Assembly: GCA_964524895.1 (NCBI GenBank) | Contig: CAZGFG010000005.1 | Span: 5,976-69,975 of the forward strand | DNA length: 64,000 nt | Source of the DNA: an uncultured Gammaproteobacteria bacterium | Lineage (GTDB): Bacteria; Patescibacteriota; Microgenomatia; Daviesbacterales; UBA10151 | Direction: 5' to 3' | In this document: in pieces, positions 49,499-60,500 of the stretch | Numbering within the stretch: position 1 is the first letter of the stretch | Layout: every line of letters begins with the position of its first letter | The notes under the pieces: generated by a model | Database searches by the model: none | What the model was told of the DNA's origin: nothing | Seen by the model: the letters and a program-made list of their open reading frames with translations, nothing else | Made by a program: the position numbers and the translations under genes

Positions 49499-49995
49499 AT
49501 TTTTAAGTCTTTAACGCTTTTTTCTATCAAATCCTTCTGATCTTTCTGGGACAAAGCTTTCCCTACTACCTTCTCAAGGGAAACAACCACCAGATCTGCC
49601 AATTCCGTTCTTATTTCCTGGAACATCTTTTCCCGTTCTAACTTAATGCTTTCTCCGCCTTTTTTAACAATTTTTTCCATCTCTTGGGTTGCTTTTTGCT
49701 TGGCATCCGCAACCAACAAACCTGCAGATTTGGTAGCCTCATCCAATATCCGTTGAGCTTCCGAGGCAGCTTTGGCTAAAGCCTTTTCTCTTTCTTCTTC
49801 TGTCTGGATTAGCTTTTTTTCTATCTCTTGGGCATTTTTAAGGCTTTCTGCTATCCTTCTCTTACGTTCCGCTAAAACCTTCAGGATTGGACGATATAAA
49901 ACTTTTTTCAGGATAAAGAGAAGGATTAGAAAATTAACCGCCTGCGCGGCAAGTAAAATAGGTTGAACCCCAAATTGTTCCAAGATCTTTTCCAT
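49495..49995 (-). CDS. atpF: ATP synthase b subunit
   Basis: QAVNFLIL..LYRPI...ER coiled coil. Confidence 0.95.
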   Translation of the reverse strand: MEKILEQFGVQPILLAAQAVNFLILLFILKKVLYRPILKVLAERKRRIAESLKNAQEIEKKLIQTEEEREKALAKAASEAQRILDEATKSAGLLVADAKQKATQEMEKIVKKGGESIKLEREKMFQEIRTELADLVVVSLEKVVGKALSQKDQKDLIEKSVKDLKI

Positions 49996-50174
49996 AAATT
50001 AGCTACTTCATTCCAATAAAGAGCAGCAAAGTCTAGGCCAGTCAAAGTATGTAGTGCAGTCCGACTTAAATCTTATTTAATGGTTCGACCATTCACTACG
50101 GCGTCGGACAAACTTCAAGCGAGGCTACTGGTAGGCCAAGCGATACTTTGCAGCCAGACGAGCTGATCTGGCAC

Positions 50175-51144
<970 letters not shown>

Positions 51145-51203
51145 TGTGGGTATTGTACAGAAAAAGTGAACCTCCGGTCAATCCGTTTTGATATAATTCG
51201 ATT

Positions 51204-51788
51204 ATGAACAAAAAGAACCTACAAGATTTGGCGATTTGCCTGAAAAAAGGTGGGATAGCAGTCATCCCTACGGATACAATATACGGAATAGTCGGCTCTG
51301 CCCTAAATCCTGATACGGTGGGAAAAATTTACAATCTAAGACAAAGGGCTGGCAGCAAACCCCTGATAATCCTGATCTCTTCCCTGAAAGATCTGGAAAA
51401 ATTCCACATTAAGCTGCCTTTAAGGCAAAAAAGATTCTTAACAAAAATTTGGCCAAATCCTGTGAGTGTAATCTTACCCTGCAAAAACGACGACCTGGAA
51501 CATCTTCACCGGGGAACAAACAGTCTAGCCTTCAGAATTCCCAACCTTCCCTGGCTTCTTGATTTGCTAAAACATACAGGACCCTTGGTGGCTCCCAGTG
51601 CCAATCCGGAAGGTAAAATACCGGCAAAAAATATCACAGAGGCCAGGAATTATTTTACAGACAGAGTAGATATTTATGTGGATACTGGTTCAAAAATAAA
51701 AAGCGCATCCTCTGCAGTAATTCGTCTGAAAGGGGACAAGATAGAGGTATTGCGGGAAGGTATCTTTTCTGTACCGGCAACTTTTTGA
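51204..51788 (+). CDS. tsaC: L-threonylcarbamoyladenylate synthase (TsaC/YrdC)
   Basis: PTDTIYG, KPLI, PSANPEG. Confidence 0.92.
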   Translation: MNKKNLQDLAICLKKGGIAVIPTDTIYGIVGSALNPDTVGKIYNLRQRAGSKPLIILISSLKDLEKFHIKLPLRQKRFLTKIWPNPVSVILPCKNDDLEHLHRGTNSLAFRIPNLPWLLDLLKHTGPLVAPSANPEGKIPAKNITEARNYFTDRVDIYVDTGSKIKSASSAVIRLKGDKIEVLREGIFSVPATF

Positions 51789-51790
51789 TT

Positions 51791-53365
51791 CTAATCCAGC
51801 TTTTCCCGTTGGGTCCTTAGATAGAGAAACCACTGTTCAAAAAAGGAAAATAAACTTTTGAAGGGAGCTTCAATTAGCATGTCAAATATAGACAATAAGA
51901 TATTTAATTGGGAGATCCCCATAGTCAGATTCTTGCCTATCTGAATAAAAGGCATAAAGAAAAAATCAAACAATACTGCCCCTACATTTTCTCTATCCTG
52001 CTTTATTGTATACATATTGGCCGTTTGGTTAATCCGGTAAGAAAGAAAAGATACTATAGCCAAGAAGAATAGGAAAATTGCCATGCTTAAAATGTTAAAG
52101 TGCAGTTTAGACAGAATAAAGACAATCGCCCCAAAACCCAGAATTACCGCTACAACCCAAAGCCCAATAAAAAGTAAACTTAACAATGGATCTGTTTTAC
52201 TGGATGTTTTTTTGACTACTAAAGGGCGCTCTAAAACCGGATTTTCCTCAAATAAAATAGTTTTAATTTGTCCCAGAATACGGTTAGAATTATCCTTTCC
52301 CGGAGTTTTAATAAACATACCAACCACTACCATCAAAAGGGGAGGGGTAAGTGTATTTATAACCATAGATCCCCACAAAACTTTGCCATAAAGTAAGTTT
52401 TCAAAAGTGCCTTCAACTGCCAAAGCAAATAACGCTTTGGTAAAAAATAGAAAGATTACACTTCTTACAATTGCCCTTTTAACCCTCTCCATAATACCTT
52501 TATACCGGTTAGAACAGGCTTCCAAAACTGCCAAAGCCAGTTTCTCTTCCTCTTCCACTAAAGCTTTGGCCTCAAGAGGATATTTCTTTAACACATCCTC
52601 CAAAATAAAGAAGGGGATGATTTGTTTTTTTATGTAGCCGTAAATTTTATCTTTGATTGGATATTGTAACTGCTCCTGGATTTCGGTATAGCCTTCTATA
52701 AAGTGATCGGCAATATTATCCAATCGCTGCTCATTTAAATCCCCGAAATATTGCAAAAAAAGATGAAACCGCAAAAGCGGTAAGTCCTCTTTTGCATAAG
52801 CGCGCCTTACTGCAATGAATGTCTGTACATCGCGATTTTTTTCCAGATCATCGGAGATTGTAATAGTACTTCGAAAAATGTGGTAAATAAAATTACTCAT
52901 TAATTCTTTTTGATGATCCGGTTTTAATGTTCTCTCAATATCGGAAGACATTAGGTTTAGAATCCATTCCCGAACCGTACTTTTAGATAATTTATTTTTG
53001 GAAAAAATCAACTCCTGCAACCTTAAGTAGAGATCAATCTTTTTTTCCACCTCTTCCACTATAGTTTCCGGAACACTACTGTCCGGGAAATACCTGGCCC
53101 AAACCAGCTCCCGGATCAATGGAGCAGCCACGCTCTTACCGCTTCCTCCCAATAACAGTCTTCTTTTTAGAATTCTCTCTATAGAAGAGCGCAAAATTAC
53201 TTCTTCCTCACGGTAATCCATAGCCGTGCGCAGCTTTTCATACCAACTAGCAACTTCGGCAACTACCGGGTTTACCGAAATAGTTTTTTCTTGTGTTATT
53301 AACTTATTCCTATCGAATGCTGATATTAAAATAGACGAAATTTTGGATAAAGACCTTTGCGCCAT
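51791..53365 (-). CDS. Conserved hypothetical membrane protein
   Basis: 524-aa ORF; YEKLR..DYREE motif and C-terminal TMs. Confidence 0.75.
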   Translation of the reverse strand: MAQRSLSKISSILISAFDRNKLITQEKTISVNPVVAEVASWYEKLRTAMDYREEEVILRSSIERILKRRLLLGGSGKSVAAPLIRELVWARYFPDSSVPETIVEEVEKKIDLYLRLQELIFSKNKLSKSTVREWILNLMSSDIERTLKPDHQKELMSNFIYHIFRSTITISDDLEKNRDVQTFIAVRRAYAKEDLPLLRFHLFLQYFGDLNEQRLDNIADHFIEGYTEIQEQLQYPIKDKIYGYIKKQIIPFFILEDVLKKYPLEAKALVEEEEKLALAVLEACSNRYKGIMERVKRAIVRSVIFLFFTKALFALAVEGTFENLLYGKVLWGSMVINTLTPPLLMVVVGMFIKTPGKDNSNRILGQIKTILFEENPVLERPLVVKKTSSKTDPLLSLLFIGLWVVAVILGFGAIVFILSKLHFNILSMAIFLFFLAIVSFLSYRINQTANMYTIKQDRENVGAVLFDFFFMPFIQIGKNLTMGISQLNILLSIFDMLIEAPFKSLFSFFEQWFLYLRTQREKLD

Positions 53366-53482
53366 AAGCGTTCAAATATATAGACTAAAGTCAGACAAAA
53401 TTCAACCGAGCAGATTGATGGAGATAATACTTGCGTCTGCTGTTTTTCGTAAGTACAATAAGCATAAGTTAACTAAACTAGA

Positions 53483-54583
53483 ATGACTACAGAGGAAAAG
53501 ATTAAGCTAATTACCAGAAATCTGGAAGAAGTTCTAACAGAAGAAGAATTAAGATCCCTCATAGAATCTAATACTCCCCTAAAACATTATATTGGCCTGG
53601 AGATCTCCGGGAAAGCCCATATGGGATGGATATATATGATGATGAAAATTAAAGACTTCCAAGAGGCAGGAGTAGAAGTCAACATTTTACTGGCTGACTG
53701 GCATACATGGCTTAATAAAAAACTAGATGGTACATTGGAAACTGCCAAAAGGCTGGCTCGGGATTATTTTGAGGAAGCTCTTAAAGCTGCAGGGATAGTA
53801 GCTGGATGCGATACCCAAAAAATAAATTTTGTTTTGGGGAGTGAGCTTTATGCGCAGTTGGGCACCGACTATTGGGCTTTGGTGATAAAGGTTGCAAAAG
53901 CTACCACTTTATCCCGCATGATTCGTTCCACTACTATAATGGGCCGTAAAGAAAGCGAGATTTCTGATACGGCTATGTTAATCTACCCTGCCATGCAGTC
54001 CGCAGATATTTTTGCTTTAGGAGTCAACTTGGCACATGCTGGGATGGATCAAAGGAATGTACATGTCGTAGCACGGGAGGCAGCAAAACAGCTAGGACAT
54101 GAGAAACCAGTAGCTCTTCACCACCATCTGTTACAAGGATTAATGCAACCTGTCGTTGTCACAGATGAGACCGGGAAGCAAACATTGGATGTGGAAGCTG
54201 CCAAAATGAGTAAGTCCAAACCAAACAGTGCAGTTTTTATCCACGATTCCGAAGAGCAGATCAGAGAAAAAATTACAGCAGCTTATGCACCGGAAGGGAT
54301 AGTGGAATTTAACCCCATTTTGGATTGGACTAAACATTTAATTTTTTATAATGAAAATACGACCTTTATTGTCAAAAGGGAGGAGAGGTGGGGAGGGGAT
54401 TTAACCTATACTTCTTATCAAGATTTGGAGAAAGATTATGCAGATAAAAAACTGCATCCACAGGATTTAAAAACTGCCGTGGCAGATTGGCTGATAGAAA
54501 AGCTTGAACCGGCCAGGGAATATTTTGAAGACCCCAAAAGAAAAGCCGCCCTGGAAGAGATGGAAAGATTAACTAAAAAATAA
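53483..54583 (+). CDS. tyrS: Tyrosine--tRNA ligase, archaeal/eukaryotic type
   Basis: YIGLEISGKAHMG, LADWH, YPAMQSAD, GMDQR, KMSKS, LHPQDLK; no S4 domain. Confidence 0.92.
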   Translation: MTTEEKIKLITRNLEEVLTEEELRSLIESNTPLKHYIGLEISGKAHMGWIYMMMKIKDFQEAGVEVNILLADWHTWLNKKLDGTLETAKRLARDYFEEALKAAGIVAGCDTQKINFVLGSELYAQLGTDYWALVIKVAKATTLSRMIRSTTIMGRKESEISDTAMLIYPAMQSADIFALGVNLAHAGMDQRNVHVVAREAAKQLGHEKPVALHHHLLQGLMQPVVVTDETGKQTLDVEAAKMSKSKPNSAVFIHDSEEQIREKITAAYAPEGIVEFNPILDWTKHLIFYNENTTFIVKREERWGGDLTYTSYQDLEKDYADKKLHPQDLKTAVADWLIEKLEPAREYFEDPKRKAALEEMERLTKK

Positions 54584-54587
54584 AAGT

Positions 54588-54689
54588 ATGTATTCTAAGA
54601 AATTCAGAGTTGTTTGGATTATACTTTCGGTAATTGCAGGCATTGCTATTTTACTCTTTTCTTTCCTGCCTCTTTTGACCGCGCTTTAA
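54588..54689 (+). CDS. Putative 33-aa single-TM peptide
   Basis: MYSKKFRVVWIILSVIAGIAILLFSFLPLLTAL, manual translation. Confidence 0.55.
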   Translation: MYSKKFRVVWIILSVIAGIAILLFSFLPLLTAL

Positions 54690-54711
54690 GACTCTGCGAT
54701 AATACCTCCAA

Positions 54712-56781
54712 ATGAATTTAAACACCAAGCTCTCCGAGCTTACCGGTATCGGGTCTTCTTTATCTTATAAATTGAGCAAACTTAATATTGTCACTGCCGG
54801 GGATTTAATCTATCATTTTCCCTTCCGTTATGATGATTTTTCTCAAGTTGTAAATGTTTTAGAGGCAAAGATAGGGGAGAAAGTCACTCTAGTAGGTGAG
54901 ATTTGGAGTATCAAAAATATTTTTACCCGCTCCAGAAAAGTCTTAACCAGGGCTATTTTTAATGACGGTACTTCTCCTATAGAACTTACCTGGTTTAACC
55001 AAAGCTGGTTAACAAAACAGATCCAGACAGGAGACCGGCTGCAAATCTCCGGGAAGGTGAACAAATATAAAAACAGGCTCTCTATTATTGCCCCAACTTG
55101 GGAAAAGCTGGCACCCGACTCACTGACACACCGATCCACTGATAGATTGATTCATACCGGCAGATTAGTACCTATTTATCCTGAAACTTTTGACCTTAGT
55201 TCTAAATGGATCAGGACTAAAATTTCACAAATCTTCCCTCAAGTTAAAAACCAAATAAAAGATCCCTTACCGGATTCTATCCGGGGCCAAATGCTTCTAC
55301 TGCCGGAGGCTTTAGAACAAATACATCTTCCCAAAGATTGGCAAGCAGTAGAGAAGAGCCGGGAAAGGCTGGGGTTTGATGAGATGTTCCTTGTTCAGCT
55401 GGCTACTCAAAAGGTAAGGCAAAAGTGGCAGCAAAGAAAATCTGTTAAACCTTTAAGGGTTGATCAAACCAAGTTGGATAATTTTATCAAAGGCCTGCCC
55501 TTTCAACTAACAACAGCCCAACAGAAGGTCATCAATCAGATATCCACAGATCTGCAGCAACCATATCCTATGAATAGGTTAGTCCAGGGAGAAGTAGGCT
55601 CGGGTAAAACAGTCGTTGCTACCACCATAGCTTACCTGACTCACCTAAACGGCCTCAAGACACTGTTTATGGCCCCTACCGAAATACTGGCCTTCCAACA
55701 TTTTGAAACTATATCCAAGCTCCTGGGACCATATGGAATTAAAATAGGAATTTATACCGGCAGCAAAAAGTTTAATAAGGGAAAAAGGTCTACTACTAAA
55801 GCCCAAACCCTAGACCCTATACCCTCTATGATCATTGGTACACATGCCCTTTTATCGGATAAACTTGCCATAGATAATGTTGGCCTAATAGTGATCGATG
55901 AACAACAAAGATTTGGTGTGGAGCAAAGAAGTTTACTTCGGTCTCGGGCCAAAGTACCTCATTTCTTAACCATGACGGCTACCCCCATCCCCAGAACCGT
56001 AGCCCTAACAATCTACGGTGATTTGGATCTATCTATTATAGATGAACTTCCGAAAAACAGGCAAAAAATAAAAACATATGTTGTACCGTCCAAAAAAAGA
56101 ACAGATGCTTATGGGTTTATCCAAAAACAAATAGAAGAGGGGGGGCAGGCTTATATTATTACTCCGCTGATTGAACAATCTGAAACTTTAACCTCTGCCC
56201 GGGCAGCCAAAGAGGAATTCGAGAGGCTATCTAAAAAGATTTTTCCTAAACTTAAGCTTGGGCTTTTGCATGGCAGGTTGAAACCCAGGGAAAAAGAGGC
56301 GGTAATGAAAAATTTTAAAGAAGGAGAGATAAATATACTGGTTTCCACCTCGGTCGTAGAAGTAGGTGTAGATATCCCAAATGCCACCGTTATGGTAATT
56401 GAGGGGGCTGAAAGGTTCGGGCTTGCCCAACTACATCAGCTACGGGGTAGGGTTGGACGGGGGAGTAGACAATCTTTCTGCCTGCTGTTTAGTGAAAATG
56501 ATCTGCAGCAAAATATATCCAGACTAAAACATTTGGAAAGAACTGATAATGGAATGGGGTTGGCAGAACTGGATTTAAAGATTAGAGGCAGTGGGGAAAT
56601 TTTTGGTAAAAGACAATCCGGCAGGTTTGAGTTTAAGATTGCTTCTTTTTCAGATTTGAGTTTGATTGAGAAGACTAGGAAAGCTGCTCAAAAATTACTA
56701 CAAGATAATCCTACGCTTGACAAATACCCCTTTCTCAAGGCACAATTAGCTGCAAAGACAGGCGAAATAATGCCTGACTGA
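54712..56781 (+). CDS. recG: ATP-dependent DNA helicase RecG
   Basis: QGEVGSGKT, DEQQRFG, TATPIPRT, QLHQLRGRVGRG. Confidence 0.97.
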   Translation: MNLNTKLSELTGIGSSLSYKLSKLNIVTAGDLIYHFPFRYDDFSQVVNVLEAKIGEKVTLVGEIWSIKNIFTRSRKVLTRAIFNDGTSPIELTWFNQSWLTKQIQTGDRLQISGKVNKYKNRLSIIAPTWEKLAPDSLTHRSTDRLIHTGRLVPIYPETFDLSSKWIRTKISQIFPQVKNQIKDPLPDSIRGQMLLLPEALEQIHLPKDWQAVEKSRERLGFDEMFLVQLATQKVRQKWQQRKSVKPLRVDQTKLDNFIKGLPFQLTTAQQKVINQISTDLQQPYPMNRLVQGEVGSGKTVVATTIAYLTHLNGLKTLFMAPTEILAFQHFETISKLLGPYGIKIGIYTGSKKFNKGKRSTTKAQTLDPIPSMIIGTHALLSDKLAIDNVGLIVIDEQQRFGVEQRSLLRSRAKVPHFLTMTATPIPRTVALTIYGDLDLSIIDELPKNRQKIKTYVVPSKKRTDAYGFIQKQIEEGGQAYIITPLIEQSETLTSARAAKEEFERLSKKIFPKLKLGLLHGRLKPREKEAVMKNFKEGEINILVSTSVVEVGVDIPNATVMVIEGAERFGLAQLHQLRGRVGRGSRQSFCLLFSENDLQQNISRLKHLERTDNGMGLAELDLKIRGSGEIFGKRQSGRFEFKIASFSDLSLIEKTRKAAQKLLQDNPTLDKYPFLKAQLAAKTGEIMPD

Positions 56782-56787
56782 AAAAAT

Positions 56788-56988
56788 ATGTCACAAGAAC
56801 CAAAGAGAAGACATTCTAAGGCAAGAAAAAGGACCAGGAGAGCATCAATATTGCTTCGGGCTGCTGCAACTATTAATTGTAAAAATTGCGGCAAACTAAC
56901 CCTACCACACATTGTATGTAAGGAATGTGGTTTTTATGGCGGAAAAGAAATTTCCAAAACCCAAAAAGTCACTGTCACTAAAGCTTAA
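56788..56988 (+). CDS. rpmF: 50S ribosomal protein L32
   Basis: PKRRHSKAR, CKNCG..LPHIVCKECGFY. Confidence 0.95.
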   Translation: MSQEPKRRHSKARKRTRRASILLRAAATINCKNCGKLTLPHIVCKECGFYGGKEISKTQKVTVTKA

Positions 56989-57165
56989 ACAATCCCTCTA
57001 TCTTTTGACTTCTTTGGTGCAACCTTTTCCACAATACCTGCCTAAGAGTTCTGCGGGGGTGGTTTGATTTGAAGTCTTTCAGGACCTTGCTTGATGTCCA
57101 TTAGCTTGATTTTAACATAAATAAGTTGATTGCCCAGCTCTTCATTACTGTGCTAAAATCAGATC

Positions 57166-57672
57166 ATGCTTACTAAAGACCAGAAAAATTATTTGAAGAA
57201 AATACCATCCGATAAAAAAGTAAAGATTTACCCATTTAGTAACACAGCTACAAAAACGGCTGAGAAAATAATTGGATCTGTTAAAGAGATATATCCAAAT
57301 TTGGAAATTAACCAAATGGGGGCTTCTGCTCTGGGGATTTCAGGTCAAAAAGAGTTGGATGTTTATGCTTACTCTAATCCGTCAGATTTTAACAAGTATC
57401 TTCCAGGACTTATCAGACTTTTAGGAAAACCTCTAAATAGACACAATACCTTTGTAGAGTGGAAATCTAATAAAAACGGTTTTGAAGTGGAGTTCTATCT
57501 AACTGCGCCAGATTCCGAAACAATGAAACAACAAATTATGGTATTTGAAATTCTGAGAGCCAATAAAAGACTGCTCAAAGAATATCAGGAGTTAAAATCA
57601 AGGATGAATGGTGAATCGTTAAGAAAATATCAAAAGAAAAAGTATGAGTTTTACAATAAGATTCTCAAATGA
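57166..57672 (+). CDS. GrpB-like nucleotidyltransferase-fold protein
   Basis: MGASALGISGQKELD, EYQELK...YQKKK. Confidence 0.75.
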   Translation: MLTKDQKNYLKKIPSDKKVKIYPFSNTATKTAEKIIGSVKEIYPNLEINQMGASALGISGQKELDVYAYSNPSDFNKYLPGLIRLLGKPLNRHNTFVEWKSNKNGFEVEFYLTAPDSETMKQQIMVFEILRANKRLLKEYQELKSRMNGESLRKYQKKKYEFYNKILK

Positions 57673-57673
57673 G

Positions 57674-57915
57674 TTACTTTCTAGACTTCGAAATAAGTTT
57701 TTGTTTTTGAACTTGGGATATTCCTTTAAGTACAAATTCAAACATTCCAACCCATTGGTCGAAAGTTAACTCACTCGGCATGTCGTTGACTCTAAATCCG
57801 AGATCTTGAGCTAAACAATTAAGCTGGTTAGAAGTAAATATATCTGAGAGGTTTTGTTTTAATCTCCCACCTCCCCCAAAACCTCTAGTAACAAAAAGTT
57901 CATACAACGCCAAGC
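57674..57915 (-). pseudogene. C-terminal fragment of an Erm/KsgA-like rRNA dimethyltransferase, truncated at the RAYT left REP
   Basis: FVTRGF...LKQNL...PSELTFDQWVGMF; no N-terminal domain before the REP. Confidence 0.55.
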
Positions 57916-58679
57916 CCACCCTCCAGGTGGTTCGAATTGACACCTGCTACTTTTTAAATTATATTGAGGCTAATGCCCAATCCAAGAAAAATTCCTTTTG
58001 CCACTGATCACTTTTATCATGTTTACAATAGGGGAATAGAAAGAAGGCCAACCTTTATAGGGAAAAGAGAGATTAGGAGGGCTTTGGAAACTTTAAAATA
58101 TTATAGATTCACAAAGCCTCCGGTAAAACTATCCAAATTTTTATCATGCTCTGATGAGGAAAAAAACAAAATAATTCAGCAATTCAACCAAAACAACAAG
58201 CTGGTGGAAATCATAGCATTTTGTCTAATGCCCAATCATTTCCATTTTTTATTAAAGCAACTGAAAGACCAAGGAATTTCCAAATTTATTTCCAACTTTA
58301 CTAACAGTTACACCAAGTACTTTAATACTAAAAACGAGAGGGAAGGTCCTTTGTTTCAGGGTACCTTTAAAGCTGTTCTCATAGAAACAGACGAACAACT
58401 AGTTCATTTATCCAGATATATTCATTTAAATCCTATTGTTGCTGGAATAGTGGAAGAACAAAAACTGGGGGAATATATTGCCTCTTCTTATCCCGAGTAT
58501 TTAGGACAAAACACAAATGTTATTTGCCAAAGAGAAACAATTTTAAGCTTTTTTAGATCTAGGATAGAATACAAAAGATTTGTTCATGATCAAATATCTT
58601 ATGCGAAGGAGTTAAAAAGGATCAAACATCTGGCACTAGAGTAACAGGTGCCAAGCTATTCCACCTTCCAGGTGGGATT
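57915..58679 (+). mobile_element. REPtron: RAYT gene flanked by inverted REPs
   Basis: Left REP (reverse complement) AGGTGTCAATTCGAACCACCTGGAGGGTGGG; right REP AGGTGCCAAGCTATTCCACCTTCCAGGTGGG. Confidence 0.8.
57973..58644 (+). CDS. REP-associated tyrosine transposase (Y1/HUH)
   Basis: FYHVYNRG, CLMPNHFH, LFQGTFKA, YIHLNP, SSY. Confidence 0.92.
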   Translation: MPNPRKIPFATDHFYHVYNRGIERRPTFIGKREIRRALETLKYYRFTKPPVKLSKFLSCSDEEKNKIIQQFNQNNKLVEIIAFCLMPNHFHFLLKQLKDQGISKFISNFTNSYTKYFNTKNEREGPLFQGTFKAVLIETDEQLVHLSRYIHLNPIVAGIVEEQKLGEYIASSYPEYLGQNTNVICQRETILSFFRSRIEYKRFVHDQISYAKELKRIKHLALE

Positions 58680-58736
58680 CAGCGCAAATATCAATACTCT
58701 AGACATTATCATTAGTTCTAAGTTAGACTAAAAATT

Positions 58737-59102
58737 ATGAAAAGGAAAACTGATCCAAGACATATCAATAGGATAAAGGTAATGCAGGAATTATTTTCCT
58801 GGGAATTCCAATCCATCCGGCTTATTAATCCTAAATCCAAAGAGATTGTAAAAAATCTAGATGTAATTGATAAACTAATTGCCAAATCTGCTCCGGATCG
58901 GCCGATAGAACAAATCAACAAGATAGATTTAGCCATCTTGCGTTTAGCAGTATTTGAGTTAATAATTAAAAAGGAGGCACCTCCTAAGGTAATTGTTGAT
59001 GAGGCTATTGAATTGGGCAAAGAGTATGGTTCCGATTCCTCACCTGCATTTATAAATGGGGCTCTCGGTCAAGCTATTAAAACAACCAAAATAAAAATAT
59101 AA
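58737..59102 (+). CDS. nusB: Transcription antitermination factor NusB
   Basis: IDLAILRLA, DEAIELGKEYG, FINGAL. Confidence 0.93.
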   Translation: MKRKTDPRHINRIKVMQELFSWEFQSIRLINPKSKEIVKNLDVIDKLIAKSAPDRPIEQINKIDLAILRLAVFELIIKKEAPPKVIVDEAIELGKEYGSDSSPAFINGALGQAIKTTKIKI

Positions 59103-59104
59103 AT

Positions 59105-59341
59105 ATGCCAACAGCCAAAGACATCACACAAGCAATCGGTGAACATTTAGGCTTATCTGCCGAAGATTTGGACCGACAAAGTCTGCTCCGAGAGGATTTG
59201 GGGCTTGGACCTATTGAACTAAATGACCTGCTAAATTACCTTTCGGAAAAATATGATCTTAGTTTCACTGCTCAAGATGTAGAAGAGCTGAAAACATTAG
59301 ACGACCTGGTAGCACTTATTGAGGATAATTTGATAGGGTAG
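59105..59341 (+). CDS. Acyl-carrier-protein-like protein lacking the conserved Ser
   Basis: Acidic 78 aa, EDLGL..IE...KTLDDL; located upstream of rnc. Confidence 0.7.
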   Translation: MPTAKDITQAIGEHLGLSAEDLDRQSLLREDLGLGPIELNDLLNYLSEKYDLSFTAQDVEELKTLDDLVALIEDNLIG

Positions 59342-59343
59342 TT

Positions 59344-60057
59344 ATGGCAAAAGATAATTTCGATGACCTCTTAAGATCTTTGGGACTTCAATTCAAAAAC
59401 ATAAACTTACTCACCCAAGCTTTTATCCACCGCTCATATCTGAATGAGGTAAAACTTAATATGCAATCCAACGAGAGGCTGGAGTTTTTAGGAGATGCCA
59501 TACTATCTTTTGTAGTATCCAACCATCTCTTTAGAAACCGTACCGCAGATACCGAAGGGGACCTAACTAATTTAAGGGCCTATATAGTCAAAACCAAATC
59601 ACTGGCTCAAGCAGCCGGGAAACTTCACCTCGGAGACTATTTGAGCTTATCCAGGGGAGAAGATGCTTCCGGAGGGAGAGAAAATCCACAGCTTTTGGCA
59701 AATACTTACGAGGCGCTGTTGGGAGCGGTTTTTTTAGACCGCGGTCTGGATTCGGTAACCAAAGTTATAGAAAATACTTTATTGCCCTTATTTGAGAAAG
59801 AGATTAAGAGCGGTCCTCCCAAAGACTCCAAAAGCCTACTGCAAGAAGTATTGCAGGAGCGTTTTAAGCAATCACCTCAATACAGAACTTTACAAACATT
59901 TGGCCCGGACCATGCTAAAGAATTTAAAGTCGGAGCTTTTTTAAAGGGCAGAAAGTTGGGTGAGGGAACTGGTACCAGCAAACAAGATGCCGAAGAACAT
60001 GCAGCAAAAGATGCATTAAGGACTTTAACAGGCCCCAACCAAAAAGATTTACTTTAG
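59344..60057 (+). CDS. rnc: Ribonuclease III
   Basis: NERLEFLGDA, EALLGA, dsRBD with GPDH. Confidence 0.97.
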   Translation: MAKDNFDDLLRSLGLQFKNINLLTQAFIHRSYLNEVKLNMQSNERLEFLGDAILSFVVSNHLFRNRTADTEGDLTNLRAYIVKTKSLAQAAGKLHLGDYLSLSRGEDASGGRENPQLLANTYEALLGAVFLDRGLDSVTKVIENTLLPLFEKEIKSGPPKDSKSLLQEVLQERFKQSPQYRTLQTFGPDHAKEFKVGAFLKGRKLGEGTGTSKQDAEEHAAKDALRTLTGPNQKDLL

Positions 60058-60105
60058 GGATTGTTACTTAAGCTATAATCTGATAAAATCCTCAAGCCAA
60101 ACAAT

Positions 60106-60495
60106 ATGTTAAAGATAAGATTAATGCGGATCGGTACTAAGAAAAAGCCATTCTATCGGGTGGTCGCGGTTGATGAGCGTAAAAAACGCACCGGCAGTTA
60201 TATTGAGTCAGTGGGTACATATAATCCCCTTACCCAACCTAAGGAGATAAACTTAAAGCAGGATAGGATTGATTATTGGCTAAAACAAGGTGCTCAAGCT
60301 TCTGTTGGTTTTTTGAGGATTATTGGCAAAGCCCCTCAAAAACTACCGAGAAAACCTCGCAAACAACAACCAGAGTCGCCTGTCAAGACTGCAACGCAGG
60401 AGCAATCCGCCACACCAGAGGCTACTACCGAGCAAACGCAACCACCAGAGGAGACACCTGCAGAGGAAGGAAAGACAGAAGAAGTAAAGGCATAA
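60106..60495 (+). CDS. rpsP: 30S ribosomal protein S16
   Basis: MLKIRLMRIG, PFYRVV, GTYNP, WLKQGAQ. Confidence 0.97.
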   Translation: MLKIRLMRIGTKKKPFYRVVAVDERKKRTGSYIESVGTYNPLTQPKEINLKQDRIDYWLKQGAQASVGFLRIIGKAPQKLPRKPRKQQPESPVKTATQEQSATPEATTEQTQPPEETPAEEGKTEEVKA

Positions 60496-60500
60496 GTACT

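Noticed and set aside
60276-60500. N-terminal extension of the KH protein
   Set aside because: Overlaps rpsP; the family start is MKDLLEY at 60501
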